NCBI GenBank assembly: GCA_041397705.1
Contig: JAWKWC010000007.1
Coordinates: 10,351 to 74,350, forward strand
Direction: 5' to 3'
DNA length: 64,000 nucleotides
From: Hyphomicrobiaceae bacterium
GTDB lineage: Bacteria; Pseudomonadota; Alphaproteobacteria; Rhizobiales; Hyphomicrobiaceae
Below, piece after piece: positions 1 to 9,618 of this stretch. Position numbers and translations under genes: made by a program. Every line of letters starts with the position of its first letter. Position 1 is the first letter of the stretch. Below the pieces are notes generated by a model. That model was not told the DNA's origin and searched no databases. It was given only the letters and a program-made list of their open reading frames with translations.

Positions 1-256
1 TCAAAAGTTCGCGACCAGCATCCGTCTTGAGATTGAGTGTCACGCATTGCTTGTTGCTATTGAGCATCGCAAAAGGGAGGTCGGCCCCGCCCATGTCACC
101 CCGACTGCGCAGATGCTCGCCGCCCAGTGGCTCGACCTTGACCACGTCCGCACCGGCCATGGCCATCAGGAACGTGGCGTAGGGTCCATTGTAGACGTGG
201 CTCAGGTCGATGACCCGGATCCCTGCCAAGGGTAGCTCGTCCGCTGTTCCTGACAT
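1..256 (-). CDS. Class III CoA-transferase (CaiB/BaiF family), N-terminal fragment; gene runs off the left edge of the window
   Basis: Not in the ORF track because there is no stop in the window. Reverse translation from ATG at 256..254 gives MSGTADELPLAGIRVIDLSHVYNGPYATFLMAMAGADVVKVEPLGGEHLRSRGD..., the typical N-terminus of family III CoA-transferases. Confidence 0.8.
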   Translation of the reverse strand, partial: MSGTADELPLAGIRVIDLSHVYNGPYATFLMAMAGADVVKVEPLGGEHLRSRGDMGGADLPFAMLNSNKQCVTLNLKTDAGRELL

Positions 257-573
257 GGGTGTCCTGCCGCACTGGGTTGGTGGATCGCCAAATTGGAATG
301 CCTGGCGATCGGGCAATCAAGCGGAATCGCATGGCTGCCATCGGTTTGACGGCTCAGCTTTGAGGCAGACCGATTTGTGAAAGTCGCCTGAGGTCATGTC
401 GTTGCCGCCGCGCGCCACGACAGTGGATCGGCACACTGTCAGCTCCTTGCGATGACTATCGATGGTGCGACATTCCATGCTATCACCACTGCAAACGGGT
501 GAGGCTGCAAGCGTGATCCATGGGATCGCCGGGCAAGGAAACTCTGATCGTGGCGTCAAGACGAGACACAAAG

Positions 574-1764
574 ATGCCCTTTTGCGGCGCTCATCGCCCT
601 GCTGCCGCGAAACTTTCCCGCTCCGGCCTTTTCTCAATCCTCTCGATGCTTTGCATGGGGCTTCTGCTTGGTGCGTGCAGTTCGGAGTCTCAGAACGCGG
701 GCAAGCAAAACGCTGCACCGCCGCCGACGGTTGTCGTAGAACAGGCTCGCCTCGAGGATGTGACGGATCAGCTGGAGTTTACAGGTCGCATAGAAGCCAT
801 CGACAAAGTCCTGTTGCGGGCACGTGTTCAGGGCTATCTCAAAAAACGGGATTTCGAAGAAGGCGCGGAGGTCAGCAAAGGGCAGGTGCTGTTCGAGGTC
901 GAGCAAGATACCTATCTGATTGCCGTCGCACAGGCGGAAGCCAATCTGGTCAACGCCAAGGCCGGCTTGACACTGGCCCAAGAGACGTTTCAACGCACCG
1001 CAGATCTGGCTAAGCGCAATGTCTCGTCGAAAGCTTCGCTCGACACCGCCCAGGCGCAGCTGGCGCAAGCACAAGCCACGGTGCAAGCGCGCGAAGCGGA
1101 CTTGCAGACATCAAAGCTGAATTTGAGCTATACGCGCATCACCGCGCCGATCGACGGGCGGGTCGGGCGCACGTCCTATTCGATCGGCAATCTCGTCGGG
1201 CCGGACAGCAATCCGCTGGTGACGATTGTCGGCCAGGATCCCGTCTACGTCACGTTTCCCGTGCCGCAAAAGGTCTTGTTGGACGTGCGCAAAGCCGGGC
1301 GGGGGCGCAATAGCGTATTCGTGAAACTGAAGCTTGCGGATGGATCGGACTACGACCAGACGGGAGAGGTGCGTTTTGCCGAGGTCCAGGCCACCTCGTC
1401 TACGGATTCCGTCATCGTTCGTGCCAGCATCCCAAATCCCAAGCGGCTGCTGGTCGATCAGCAACTGGTGCGCGTTCGCGTGGTCCGCAAGGACCCGGAG
1501 AAGAAACTCGTGGTCTCCCAATCGGCGTTGCTGCTCGATCAGCAGGGCGCCTACGTGTTGGCCGTCGGCGCGGACAACAAGGTCGCGATCAAGCGCATCA
1601 CGACGGGAGAGCAACGGGGTCCGTTGATCGTGGTCAACACCGGCTTGACGGACGGCGACCGCGTCATTGTCAACGGCCATCAAAAGGTGCGTCCAGGCGC
1701 GCTGGTGGCACCGATCACGGCCGAAGCCCCCGACCAAGCGGGTAAAGTCGGCTTGAGAAAATAG
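574..1764 (+). CDS. RND efflux membrane fusion protein (periplasmic adaptor, AcrA/MexA-like lipoprotein)
   Basis: ORF 520..1764. Lipobox LLLGAC after a hydrophobic stretch, coiled-coil region (QAQLAQAQATVQAREADLQTSKLNLSYTRITAPIDGRVG), HlyD/MFP beta-barrel motifs. ATG 574 is preferred, 520 is possible. Lies 6 nt upstream of the RND gene. Confidence 0.9.
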   Translation: MPFCGAHRPAAAKLSRSGLFSILSMLCMGLLLGACSSESQNAGKQNAAPPPTVVVEQARLEDVTDQLEFTGRIEAIDKVLLRARVQGYLKKRDFEEGAEVSKGQVLFEVEQDTYLIAVAQAEANLVNAKAGLTLAQETFQRTADLAKRNVSSKASLDTAQAQLAQAQATVQAREADLQTSKLNLSYTRITAPIDGRVGRTSYSIGNLVGPDSNPLVTIVGQDPVYVTFPVPQKVLLDVRKAGRGRNSVFVKLKLADGSDYDQTGEVRFAEVQATSSTDSVIVRASIPNPKRLLVDQQLVRVRVVRKDPEKKLVVSQSALLLDQQGAYVLAVGADNKVAIKRITTGEQRGPLIVVNTGLTDGDRVIVNGHQKVRPGALVAPITAEAPDQAGKVGLRK

Positions 1765-1770
1765 GCCAAC

Positions 1771-4700
1771 ATGATCTTCGAGATCTTCATTCGCCGGCCG
1801 CGACTGGCCATGGTCATTTCGCTCGTCATCATGTTGGCCGGGCTCATCGCCATCCGGGTGATACCGGTTGCCCAGTATCCCAGTATCGCGCCTCCGACCG
1901 TGCGGGTGACGGCAACGTATGCGGGAGCAGATGCACGGACTGTCGAAGAAAGTATCGCGCAGCCTCTCGAGAACGCCATCAACGGCGTCTCGGGCATGCG
2001 CTACATGAAATCAACCGCTGCCAACGATGGCTCGTACACGCTGAACGTGACCTTTGACCTCTCAACCAATCCCGACATTGCCACAGTCAACGTGCAGAAC
2101 CGCGCCAACCAGGCGCTGGCCAAGCTCCCGCAGGAAGTTCGCACGACTGGACTGACTATTCAGAAAGTCTCGACCGACCTGCTTCAAGTCTTCATGTTCA
2201 CGTCTACCGATCCGTCTCACGACCAATTGTTTCTCAGTAATTTCGTGACGCTCAACGTACTCGACGAGCTGAAACGTGTACCCGGCGTTGGCGACGCCTC
2301 GATTTTCGGCGCGCGGGACTACGCCATGAGGATCTGGATCGATCCGCAAAAGCTGGCGAACTTTTCCATGACGCCGGCGGATGTAATTGCGGCCGTGCAG
2401 TCACAGAACTTGCAGGCTGCAGCGGGCCGTATCGGTGCCGCGCCGCTGGATCCGGACCAGCGTTTGCAATTGACAATCACGACGGAGGGTCGGTTGTCGT
2501 CCGTCGAGGCGTTCGGTGACATCATCGTTCGCAGTCAGGCTGATGGTTCATTCGTCCGGATCAAGGATGTCGCGCGGGTCCAACTGCAGGCTGCCAATTT
2601 CGACACCGTTGCTCGCTACCAAGGCCGCCCCGCCGCGCCGATCGGGATCTATCTGGCCCCTGGCTCGAATGCTGTTGCCGTCGCCCAAGCGGTTTCGAAG
2701 CGGCTGGAGGAGCTGAGGTCGCGGTTTCCGAGCGGTGTGACCTTCGCCTACATCTACAATACCGCCGATTTCGTATCATCGATGATGCAGAAGGTGGTTT
2801 CCACGTTGATGGAGGCCTTCGCACTGGTGGCGCTGGTCGTGTTCGTTTTCCTGGGACGATTTCGGCCGACCATTATTCCTTTGATTGCCGTGCCTGTGGC
2901 AGTTGTCGGCACGTTCGCCGTTCTGTTGGCTGCCGGCTACTCTGCCAATACGATCTCGCTTCTGGCTCTCGTTCTGGCAATCGGGATTGTGGTCGACGAC
3001 GCTATCATCGTGGTCGAGAACGTCGAACGCGTCATGGAGCAGGAGCCCTCCCTCTCGCCTGCCGACGCCACTCGAAAAGCCATGTCGGAGATTGCCGGAC
3101 CTATCATTGCGATCACGCTGGTCTTGCTGTCCGTGTTTGTTCCAGTTGCTTTCCTGCCAGGCACCAGCGGCGCGCTTTTCCGCCAATTCGCCGTTACGAT
3201 ATCCGCTGCGATGGTGATCTCGGCGATCAACGCACTGACGTTGTCGCCCGCATTGTGCTCTCTGCTGCTGCGGCCGGGACATCCAACGGGTGTGATGCGC
3301 TCGGTAACCGGGGGCATCGAACGGATCGCCAACGGCTATGCCAATATCGTGGGCCGTCTGGTCAGGGTTTCCATCTTGTCGCTGGCTGCCGTAGCAGCGA
3401 TTGGCCTGGCAACCTTTCTCGTTTTCAAGGTGACACCATCGGGGTTCCTGCCCGAGGAAGACAAGGGCTTCTTGATCACCATTTTCAATCTGCCTCCGGG
3501 CGCGTCGCTCAACCGAACCGATGCCGCTGCCCAGAAGGCCGAGGCCATCATCAAGAAGGATCCCGGCGTCAGCGGCGCCGTTACGATATTGGGATTGGAT
3601 TTTCTCGGGGGCGGGTCATCGTCGAGCGCGGGCGTGATGTTCGTGCGCTTGAAGCCGTATGCCGAGCGCACGTCGCGCGACCTACACGCCTCCGTTGTCG
3701 CTCGACGCCTTTTTGGCGCGCTCTCACAGGTGCCTGATGGCTTTTTCCTGGCCCTCAATCCGCCCGCCATTTCTGGAATCGGGCAGACTGGCGGGTTCGA
3801 GTACATTCTGGAAGGCCTGCAAGGTCAGGATCCCGCTGCGCTCGCAGCAACCATGCGCAGCCTGGTGGTGGCTGCCAATCAACGCCCCGAGCTTGCGCGC
3901 GTCTTCTCCTCCTTCGAGGCGTCGACACCCCAGATCAAGCTGGAGATCGATCGCGACAAGATCCAGACCCTGGGCGTCAGCTTGGCCGATGTCTTTTCCG
4001 CACTGCAGGCCACGCTTGGCGGCTACTACGTCAACGATTTCAATCTGTTCGGCCGGACGTGGACCGTTCGCGTGCAAGCGGAGCAGAAATACCGGACGTC
4101 CATCAACGATATCTATGCCGTGCAATTGCGCAATCGTGACGGCCAGATGATCCCGCTATCTTCTGTGGCGCAGGCTTCGTTCGACGTCGGTCCCAGAACG
4201 ATTGTGCGCTACAACAACTACAGGGCGGTTTCGATCAACGGATCGCCTGCGCCGGGGCGCGGCGATGGGGAAGCGATAGCGGCGATGGCGGCTCTGTCGA
4301 AAGATGCGCTGCCCCGCGGATACGGCTTCGAGTGGACCGGTCAGGCGCTAGAGCAAAATGTCTCGTCCGGGCAAACGCCGATTGTTATCGGTCTTGCCGT
4401 CGTGTTTGCTTTCCTCTTCCTCGTTGGGCTCTACGAAAGTTGGAACGTGCCCATTCCCGTCCTATTGTCGGTGGTCGTTGCCGTTCTCGGGGCGATGCTT
4501 TCGCTCTGGCTGTTGCGCATGAGCTTCGTGCTCTATGCGCAAATCGGCATTGTTGTGTTGATCGCCCTTGCGGCAAAAAATTCTATCCTAATGACGGAGT
4601 TTTCTCTGGAGCGGCGGGCCGAAGGGCAGTCCATCCAGCAATCGGCCGTAACGGGTGCCCGTCAGCGGTTTCGTCCGGTCATGATGACGAGTTTTGCCTT

Positions 4701-4935
4701 TATTGCCGGCCTCGTCCCCTTGGTGCGGGCAACGGGGCCAGGCGCCGACAGTATGTTTGCGGTGGGACTGCCCGTTCTCGCTGGTATGCTGGCTGCGTCG
4801 ATTTTCGGCATCTTTCTGATCCCCATGCTTTACGTGGTGTTCCAGCGCTTGCGTGAAGGCAGCTGGCCCTGGGGGAAGCCCGAAACTGACATGGCAACGC
4901 CTCAAGGCAACGCGCCTGGGACCGAGGGCCACTGA
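1771..4935 (+). CDS. RND family efflux transporter permease (AcrB/MexB-like, HAE1 type)
   Basis: Intact 1054-aa ORF. N-terminus [28 protein letters not shown], motifs [23 protein letters not shown] and 12-TM architecture. No outer membrane factor gene in the window. Confidence 0.95.
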   Translation: MIFEIFIRRPRLAMVISLVIMLAGLIAIRVIPVAQYPSIAPPTVRVTATYAGADARTVEESIAQPLENAINGVSGMRYMKSTAANDGSYTLNVTFDLSTNPDIATVNVQNRANQALAKLPQEVRTTGLTIQKVSTDLLQVFMFTSTDPSHDQLFLSNFVTLNVLDELKRVPGVGDASIFGARDYAMRIWIDPQKLANFSMTPADVIAAVQSQNLQAAAGRIGAAPLDPDQRLQLTITTEGRLSSVEAFGDIIVRSQADGSFVRIKDVARVQLQAANFDTVARYQGRPAAPIGIYLAPGSNAVAVAQAVSKRLEELRSRFPSGVTFAYIYNTADFVSSMMQKVVSTLMEAFALVALVVFVFLGRFRPTIIPLIAVPVAVVGTFAVLLAAGYSANTISLLALVLAIGIVVDDAIIVVENVERVMEQEPSLSPADATRKAMSEIAGPIIAITLVLLSVFVPVAFLPGTSGALFRQFAVTISAAMVISAINALTLSPALCSLLLRPGHPTGVMRSVTGGIERIANGYANIVGRLVRVSILSLAAVAAIGLATFLVFKVTPSGFLPEEDKGFLITIFNLPPGASLNRTDAAAQKAEAIIKKDPGVSGAVTILGLDFLGGGSSSSAGVMFVRLKPYAERTSRDLHASVVARRLFGALSQVPDGFFLALNPPAISGIGQTGGFEYILEGLQGQDPAALAATMRSLVVAANQRPELARVFSSFEASTPQIKLEIDRDKIQTLGVSLADVFSALQATLGGYYVNDFNLFGRTWTVRVQAEQKYRTSINDIYAVQLRNRDGQMIPLSSVAQASFDVGPRTIVRYNNYRAVSINGSPAPGRGDGEAIAAMAALSKDALPRGYGFEWTGQALEQNVSSGQTPIVIGLAVVFAFLFLVGLYESWNVPIPVLLSVVVAVLGAMLSLWLLRMSFVLYAQIGIVVLIALAAKNSILMTEFSLERRAEGQSIQQSAVTGARQRFRPVMMTSFAFIAGLVPLVRATGPGADSMFAVGLPVLAGMLAASIFGIFLIPMLYVVFQRLREGSWPWGKPETDMATPQGNAPGTEGH

Positions 4936-5118
4936 CGCTCGAACGGCCCCAAGGTGCCTCTTGTGGCAGGCACACCAGCATGGCTCTTCGCTACGGTCGC
5001 GGGAGCATCGCCTGCCTTCCGCCGGCTGATCGACCCTCGCTGACCTTGCAATTGACGCTGGCTTGACGAGGGTAATCTTTAAATTGAACATTAGGGCCAG
5101 TTCGCTCACCACGACTCC

Positions 5119-5132
5119 GTGACTTGGGTCAC
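5119..5132. promoter_or_regulatory. Perfect inverted repeat GTGAC-N4-GTCAC, candidate operator just upstream of the peroxidase-family gene
   Basis: Sequence gtgacttgggtcac, read directly. It sits in the relatively AT-rich gap after the RND gene, about 15 nt upstream of AGGAGA (5135-5140) and TTG 5147. Confidence 0.3.
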
Positions 5133-5146
5133 ACAGGAGAGGGACT

Positions 5147-6970
5147 TTGACCACCAATAGTCCACTTTCGATTCCGGTGCGCCTTTGGGGCCGTGACGCC
5201 GATGCGGAAGTGGCCAGCATAGGCCAGCACTTTCTTGCCACGCCCAGCGCAGATCAAGGTTCAGGGCCGGTGGCCTGATCGACAAAAGTGGTCTCATCAT
5301 CGGTCCTGAGCGCGAGCAGCTCTATCTGATGATGGCACGTCTTGCCGGCCGCATGCATGTCGGTGGCGAGATCTGGCAATCTTCCCTCGGCGGGGCGGCA
5401 CATCGGGACGATAATGTCGGCTTGCCGTCAGGTTACCACCTACCTGCTACAATTTATTGCCCACGATATGGTCGATACCGTGGTGTCGCTCGTGCCGACG
5501 TCCCACGGGCGTGTCGGCGGTCGCTGCAAAATGGTCGGCGCAATGCGCTGATGCTCGATGGCCTTTATGGCGAGGGGCCCGCCGAGTGCCCTCACCTTTA
5601 CGCGGTCAACGAGATCGGCACCGCGAGCGATGCGCCACGCACGCGGTTGCGCATCAGAAAACTGCCGCCCGATGCAGCGCCCGCCCAAAAGACGAGTTGC
5701 CCTGCGGCGGATTTCATCCGCATGCCGAGCCGGTTCGACGTCATCGCCGCTGATCCACGCAACGACTTTCACCCTATCATCGCGCAGATAACCGTATTGT
5801 TTGCGATGTTGCACAACTGGGTGGCGGCGGCCATCGACCCCAACCAGATCCAGCATCCGATCGAGACACGATGGCACGAGCATCTTTGTGCCCGCAGCGT
5901 CGTGACGCTGATCTACCGCACCATCATCGAGCGCGATCTGCTGCCCCGCCTGCTACACCCGAGCGTCGCCAAAGCCTATCGCGGCGCCAGCACGCTCTCA
6001 CTCGATCCCCGTGGCGGCGTCAGCGCCCGAGTTCATGGCCGGCGCCTTCCGGTTCGCACATGCGATGGTGCGGGACAGCTACCACGTTAATCTCGAATCC
6101 GGCGAATTGGGCATGGACCTCGGCTTACGGCAAAGCAGCCGGCATGGCCAATCCCCCTCGGTCAACTGGGTCGTTGATTGGGCCAACTTCTTTCCCCAGC
6201 GCGAAGAGGGTGGCGGTCAGATGGCCAACACCTCGCGACGCTTGGGCCCCAAGTACGCGACGGCGCTGTCGACTGACGAAGAGATGCCAAGCACGCTGGA
6301 AGGCGTTCGTCGCGGAAATCCCGAATTGGAGGCGATCGACAAGGGGCTGGCGATCCGCGATTTCCTGTCAGCCAGCTACGCCGGATTGTGGTCTGTTCCG
6401 GCGCTGTTGACCGAGATCAGACAGCGGCTTGAAGCAGTCAACTCACCGCTGGCGGGTGAGCTTCACAACTACGCGACAACCTGGCAAGAACCAATCCGAG
6501 CCTGGATTGGCCGATCTGACATGGGTGGCTTTTTTGAACGGGACGACGGTGGCCAGGAGCAACTCGATATGCTTGCGCGCGATCCGCCGTTGCCCTTCTT
6601 CGTTCTTTTCGAAGCCGCACACGAATTCGTCGATGGCCGCCCTTTGATTGCCAACGGCGACGATGCCGACATACCGGGCCAAGGCGGCGCACGGCTCGGG
6701 CCTCTTGGATCGATCATTCTTGCTGAGACATTCTATTCTGCGTTACGCCGCGGGCCGCGGCTTTCGCAAGATGAGAGCGTGCCACTTGCAGACCGATTGA
6801 AAGAGCAGATCCAGGCCTACGGGGACCGCGGAGGCATCGCGGTCGACGGCCTGGCCGAGCTTTGGACCACGTCGGAAACTGGAGAGACTGCGTTCGACAC
6901 GATGTTTGGGCTCATCAGCTTTCTGCAGAAAAAAGGATTTCCAACAAACCAGGGCAATCCGCCCGACTAA
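5147..6970 (+). pseudogene. Animal-haem-peroxidase-family (bacterial peroxidase/cyclooxygenase superfamily) gene, reading frame broken 3-4 times
   Basis: Family motifs alternate between two + frames. Frame 1: NVGLPSGY (5413-5436). Frame 2: TYLLQFIAHDMVDT (5438-5479, distal His box like GQFxDHD). Frame 1: ALMLDGLYGEGP (5545-5580) and ADPRNDFHPIIAQITVLFAMLHNWV (5749-5823). Frame 2: PEFMAGAFRFAHAMVR (6026-6073, proximal His box), then GLAIRDFLSASYAGL and LGPLGSIILAETFYSALRR to the stop at 6970. One extra C at 5437 explains the first of these switches. The start at TTG 5147 (frame 2, AGGAGA 6 nt upstream) is tentative and implies a further shift near 5240-5276. Confidence 0.75.
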
Positions 6971-6981
6971 GTCACTAGACC

Positions 6982-6988
6982 AAGGAGG
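6982..6988 (+). promoter_or_regulatory. Shine-Dalgarno AAGGAGG for the 131-aa ORF
   Basis: aaggagg lies 12 nt upstream of ATG 7001. Confidence 0.6.
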
Positions 6989-7000
6989 TAGAGACAGTTC

Positions 7001-7267
7001 ATGCAACGCTTCATGCCAGCCGACGCCAAAGCGTGGGGAGGCCTCGTCAAGGCCTGGACCAAGGGCACTCAGGCTCGTCCCAAGACCATCGACGAGCTCA
7101 AGGATCAGATGACGGCTGCCGGGATTCCCAACGTCCATCAGGCATTCCCGTCGTTCATCACAGGCTTGGTCTTCGTACAGAACGACAAACACATCTTGAC
7201 AATCCGCTTGCCATCCAAGGAGCAGGTTGAGGCGAGTGAAACCAACCTCGCCGCTGGCGCAGGCGGC
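7001..7267 (+). other. Predicted leader region of the NHLP-like precursor (residues 1-89, ends AGAGG)
   Basis: Boundary placed after the Gly-Gly of NLAAGAGG, by analogy with double-glycine leader cleavage sites. Confidence 0.45.
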
Positions 7268-7396
7268 TATCCGCTGCCTCCGTTCTATGACGACTTCTAT
7301 CAGAACAGCGCCCGGCGGACCAATTTGACTCCGGATGAAAAGAAGGAGCTCAACGATAAGCGCATCGGCGAATATTCGGTCAACTCCTGCAAGTAG
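7001..7396 (+). CDS. Small protein resembling an NHLP-type (nitrile hydratase-like leader peptide) RiPP precursor
   Basis: 131-aa ORF with strong RBS and high GC3, so real coding. Residues 1-89 carry NHLP-like landmarks (compare the PoyA/TOMM NHLP leaders IAKAW..., ...HLVMP..P, ...AAGG): GLVKAWTKG, AAGIPNV, GLVFVQNDKHILTIRLPSKEQ, and a double-glycine-type end NLAAGAGG. They are followed by a 42-aa tail YPLPPFYDDFYQNSARRTNLTPDEKKELNDKRIGEYSVNSCK. The family assignment is pattern recognition only. Confidence 0.6.
   Translation: MQRFMPADAKAWGGLVKAWTKGTQARPKTIDELKDQMTAAGIPNVHQAFPSFITGLVFVQNDKHILTIRLPSKEQVEASETNLAAGAGGYPLPPFYDDFYQNSARRTNLTPDEKKELNDKRIGEYSVNSCK
7268..7393 (+). other. Predicted core/follower region (42 aa)
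   Basis: YPLPPFYDDFY (3 Tyr, 1 Phe and 3 Pro in 11 residues) at the N-terminal end. A single Cys lies in the C-terminal SVNSCK. The middle is Lys/Glu/Asp rich. Confidence 0.4.
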
Positions 7397-7416
7397 GACC
7401 TAACCGGCGTCGAGGA

Positions 7417-9489
7417 TCAGTCAAAGAACGGCACCTCGACGCGCGGTGCGCCTGCCAACTCCAGCCCTTCGCGCAAATCTTGCCAGGTTCTGCGCCGATT
7501 GAGGGGGTGGAGGTGCAAAAACCACTGCACGATGGCCTCCGGCGTCGCTTGAGAAGTTCCATACCAGCGGGCACGCGCAGACGCGTAGAACTGGGAAAGG
7601 GCTTGTCGGGCTTGCTCCGTCTCACCTGATCTTGCAAGTGCGGCGGCCTTCCAGCCGATGTAGTGCACGGCCGTGGACAAAGACGCGGATGTCGCTGCGT
7701 CGGCATAATCTTGACAGACGTAGCCAACCTGGGCGCGATATCCCCATTGCGAGGGACTAGGCGACGGTGAGGCATCGAAAGCAAGCGAACACAAGCGCGC
7801 CGCGTCGCCAGCGTCACGACAGAATGCATCGCTGATCGCCAGCGATGTCAGTATCCACGGATCACTGTCGTTGAGTTCCAGGGCGAGTGCATGATGCGCA
7901 TTCGCCTCCTCGAACTGGCCCAAGAACGCCTCGGCCCAACCAAGTGACAAATGTCCGCGGGAATCTATCGGGTCGAGGCGAACGGCCTGAATGGCATACT
8001 CGCGCGCATAGCGATGGCGCTCCAATGTGCGCATGAAGCCCGGATGATAAAAATGCACGTTGCCGCTGAAGGACGCCAGACTGGAATAGGCAGGCGCAAA
8101 ATCCGGCACTTCGCTGATGATGCGCTTCAGCAGATCCTCCGCGGCGTGGCCCTCCTCGGGCGACCAATTGAAAAGTCGCGTTTGGGCCTTCAACCACATG
8201 TCATAAGCGCGCAAATTTGCTGAGGGCTGGCGGACAATTGCGGAGAGGCGCCCTGCCGAGATGTAGACGTTCAGTTGCGAGGCCAGCCTTCGGACGATTT
8301 CATGCAGCGTCTCGTACCAGGCGTCGAGCTCGACTGGCAGCCGCTCACTCCATAGATAATCGCCAGTTTGCGCATCCATAAGCGTCACGACAATGCGTGC
8401 GGCGCCATTCTGCTCCAGCGCCGTCGCCTCCAAGAGGTATTCACTCGAATTTGGGACCTCCGAGCCCGCGCCAAATGCCAGATCGCGCACCATCCATTCG
8501 CGAAAACGGACCAGTTGGCTGATCATCTCGCGACGAAACGCCTGCAGGATGTATCCATGCTCGGATGAGCTGCTGGCCATCTCGAATTTGGCGATTGCCA
8601 GAACGATACGAGGTGATGCCTCGGGCGGCTGGGACTGCGCCGGCTTCGTTGGCGCTTGTGTTGCGTCAAATGGCCGGACGACATCAATCTTGGTCGTCAC
8701 CGGTACGCCCGCGTGCGCAATGACCATGGGCTCAGCCAGCTTTATCTCGGCAACCAGTCGCTGGGTTTCTTCTGAAGGCTCGATGTCGAAATCTTCGTCA
8801 AGCAGATCCCACAACCGCTTGTAGACCTTCAGTGCGCCGGCATTGTCGCCTTCGTCGGTCAGGATACGCATCAGCGCCCGGACCGCCTTCTCATGGGTGG
8901 GATCCAGGTTGAGCAGAGCGCGAGCTGCATCCTTGACTTGTGCGCCGCGCAGCGGCCCGGTTTGCACGATATTCTCAAGGGCGCGAATGATATTGCGCCC
9001 AATAACCTCTCGTCTTGCAACGATCCAGCTTTCAAAGCCGGGATCGATGTCATCCAGGCCCTGGAGGAGGCCTTCTATCAGGCGCTCGTTCTCGAGGAGG
9101 AGGGGATGAACCCTGCTCTCAGCTACGGCCGTCGTGACATCGTTCAAGTCCGTGGCAACACGGGAGAGATCAATATGTAAACTCAGGTTGTCACCGCTGA
9201 AGCCGTCGAAACCGGCGGCTTCGAGGCGAGATCTGACTTCGTAAATGGCTTGGCGCAGCGACGCTTTGGCCTTGTCGCCTTCAGCATCGCCCCACAAGAG
9301 GCCGGCCATGCGTTCCCGGCTTTCGACACCACTTTGCGAAAGGCACATGCAGGCCAGTAGTGCACGCGACTTGCGGTTGGTGAGTGTCACCACTTTCCGG
9401 CCGCATAGAAACTGTGCCGGCCCCAGGAGGCTCGCTGTCAAACGCTGACCTGCCAAACTTGGGCTGGCCATCCTGGCGGAGACGCTCAT
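7417..9489 (-). CDS. Transcriptional regulator: winged-helix (OmpR/SARP-type) + BTAD domain + C-terminal TPR-like repeats
   Basis: 690-aa ORF. NRKSRALLACMCLSQSGVESRERMAGLLWGDAEGDKAKASLRQAIYEVRSRL (wHTH). ALLNLDPTHEKAVRALMRILTDEGDNAGALKVYKRLWDLLDEDFDIEPSEETQRLVAEI (BTAD). TPR-like helices near the C-terminus. Convergent with the 131-aa ORF, 20 nt between stops. Confidence 0.85.
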   Translation of the reverse strand: MSVSARMASPSLAGQRLTASLLGPAQFLCGRKVVTLTNRKSRALLACMCLSQSGVESRERMAGLLWGDAEGDKAKASLRQAIYEVRSRLEAAGFDGFSGDNLSLHIDLSRVATDLNDVTTAVAESRVHPLLLENERLIEGLLQGLDDIDPGFESWIVARREVIGRNIIRALENIVQTGPLRGAQVKDAARALLNLDPTHEKAVRALMRILTDEGDNAGALKVYKRLWDLLDEDFDIEPSEETQRLVAEIKLAEPMVIAHAGVPVTTKIDVVRPFDATQAPTKPAQSQPPEASPRIVLAIAKFEMASSSSEHGYILQAFRREMISQLVRFREWMVRDLAFGAGSEVPNSSEYLLEATALEQNGAARIVVTLMDAQTGDYLWSERLPVELDAWYETLHEIVRRLASQLNVYISAGRLSAIVRQPSANLRAYDMWLKAQTRLFNWSPEEGHAAEDLLKRIISEVPDFAPAYSSLASFSGNVHFYHPGFMRTLERHRYAREYAIQAVRLDPIDSRGHLSLGWAEAFLGQFEEANAHHALALELNDSDPWILTSLAISDAFCRDAGDAARLCSLAFDASPSPSPSQWGYRAQVGYVCQDYADAATSASLSTAVHYIGWKAAALARSGETEQARQALSQFYASARARWYGTSQATPEAIVQWFLHLHPLNRRRTWQDLREGLELAGAPRVEVPFFD

Positions 9490-9618
9490 GGAGGCATAAC
9501 CTTGAATTCCGATTTACATGTAGACTCATAACCGTCTGGACTCCCGACTGTCCAGAGTGACCTCCTGCTGAAGGCCGGCCAGCCTCTCATGCCGGTGCAA
9601 TTACTTTGACCCCAGCCG

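Noticed and set aside
4588-5241. 217-aa minus-strand ORF spanning the RND 3' end and the following gap
   Set aside because: Overlaps the RND gene antisense for most of its length and has no recognisable motifs.
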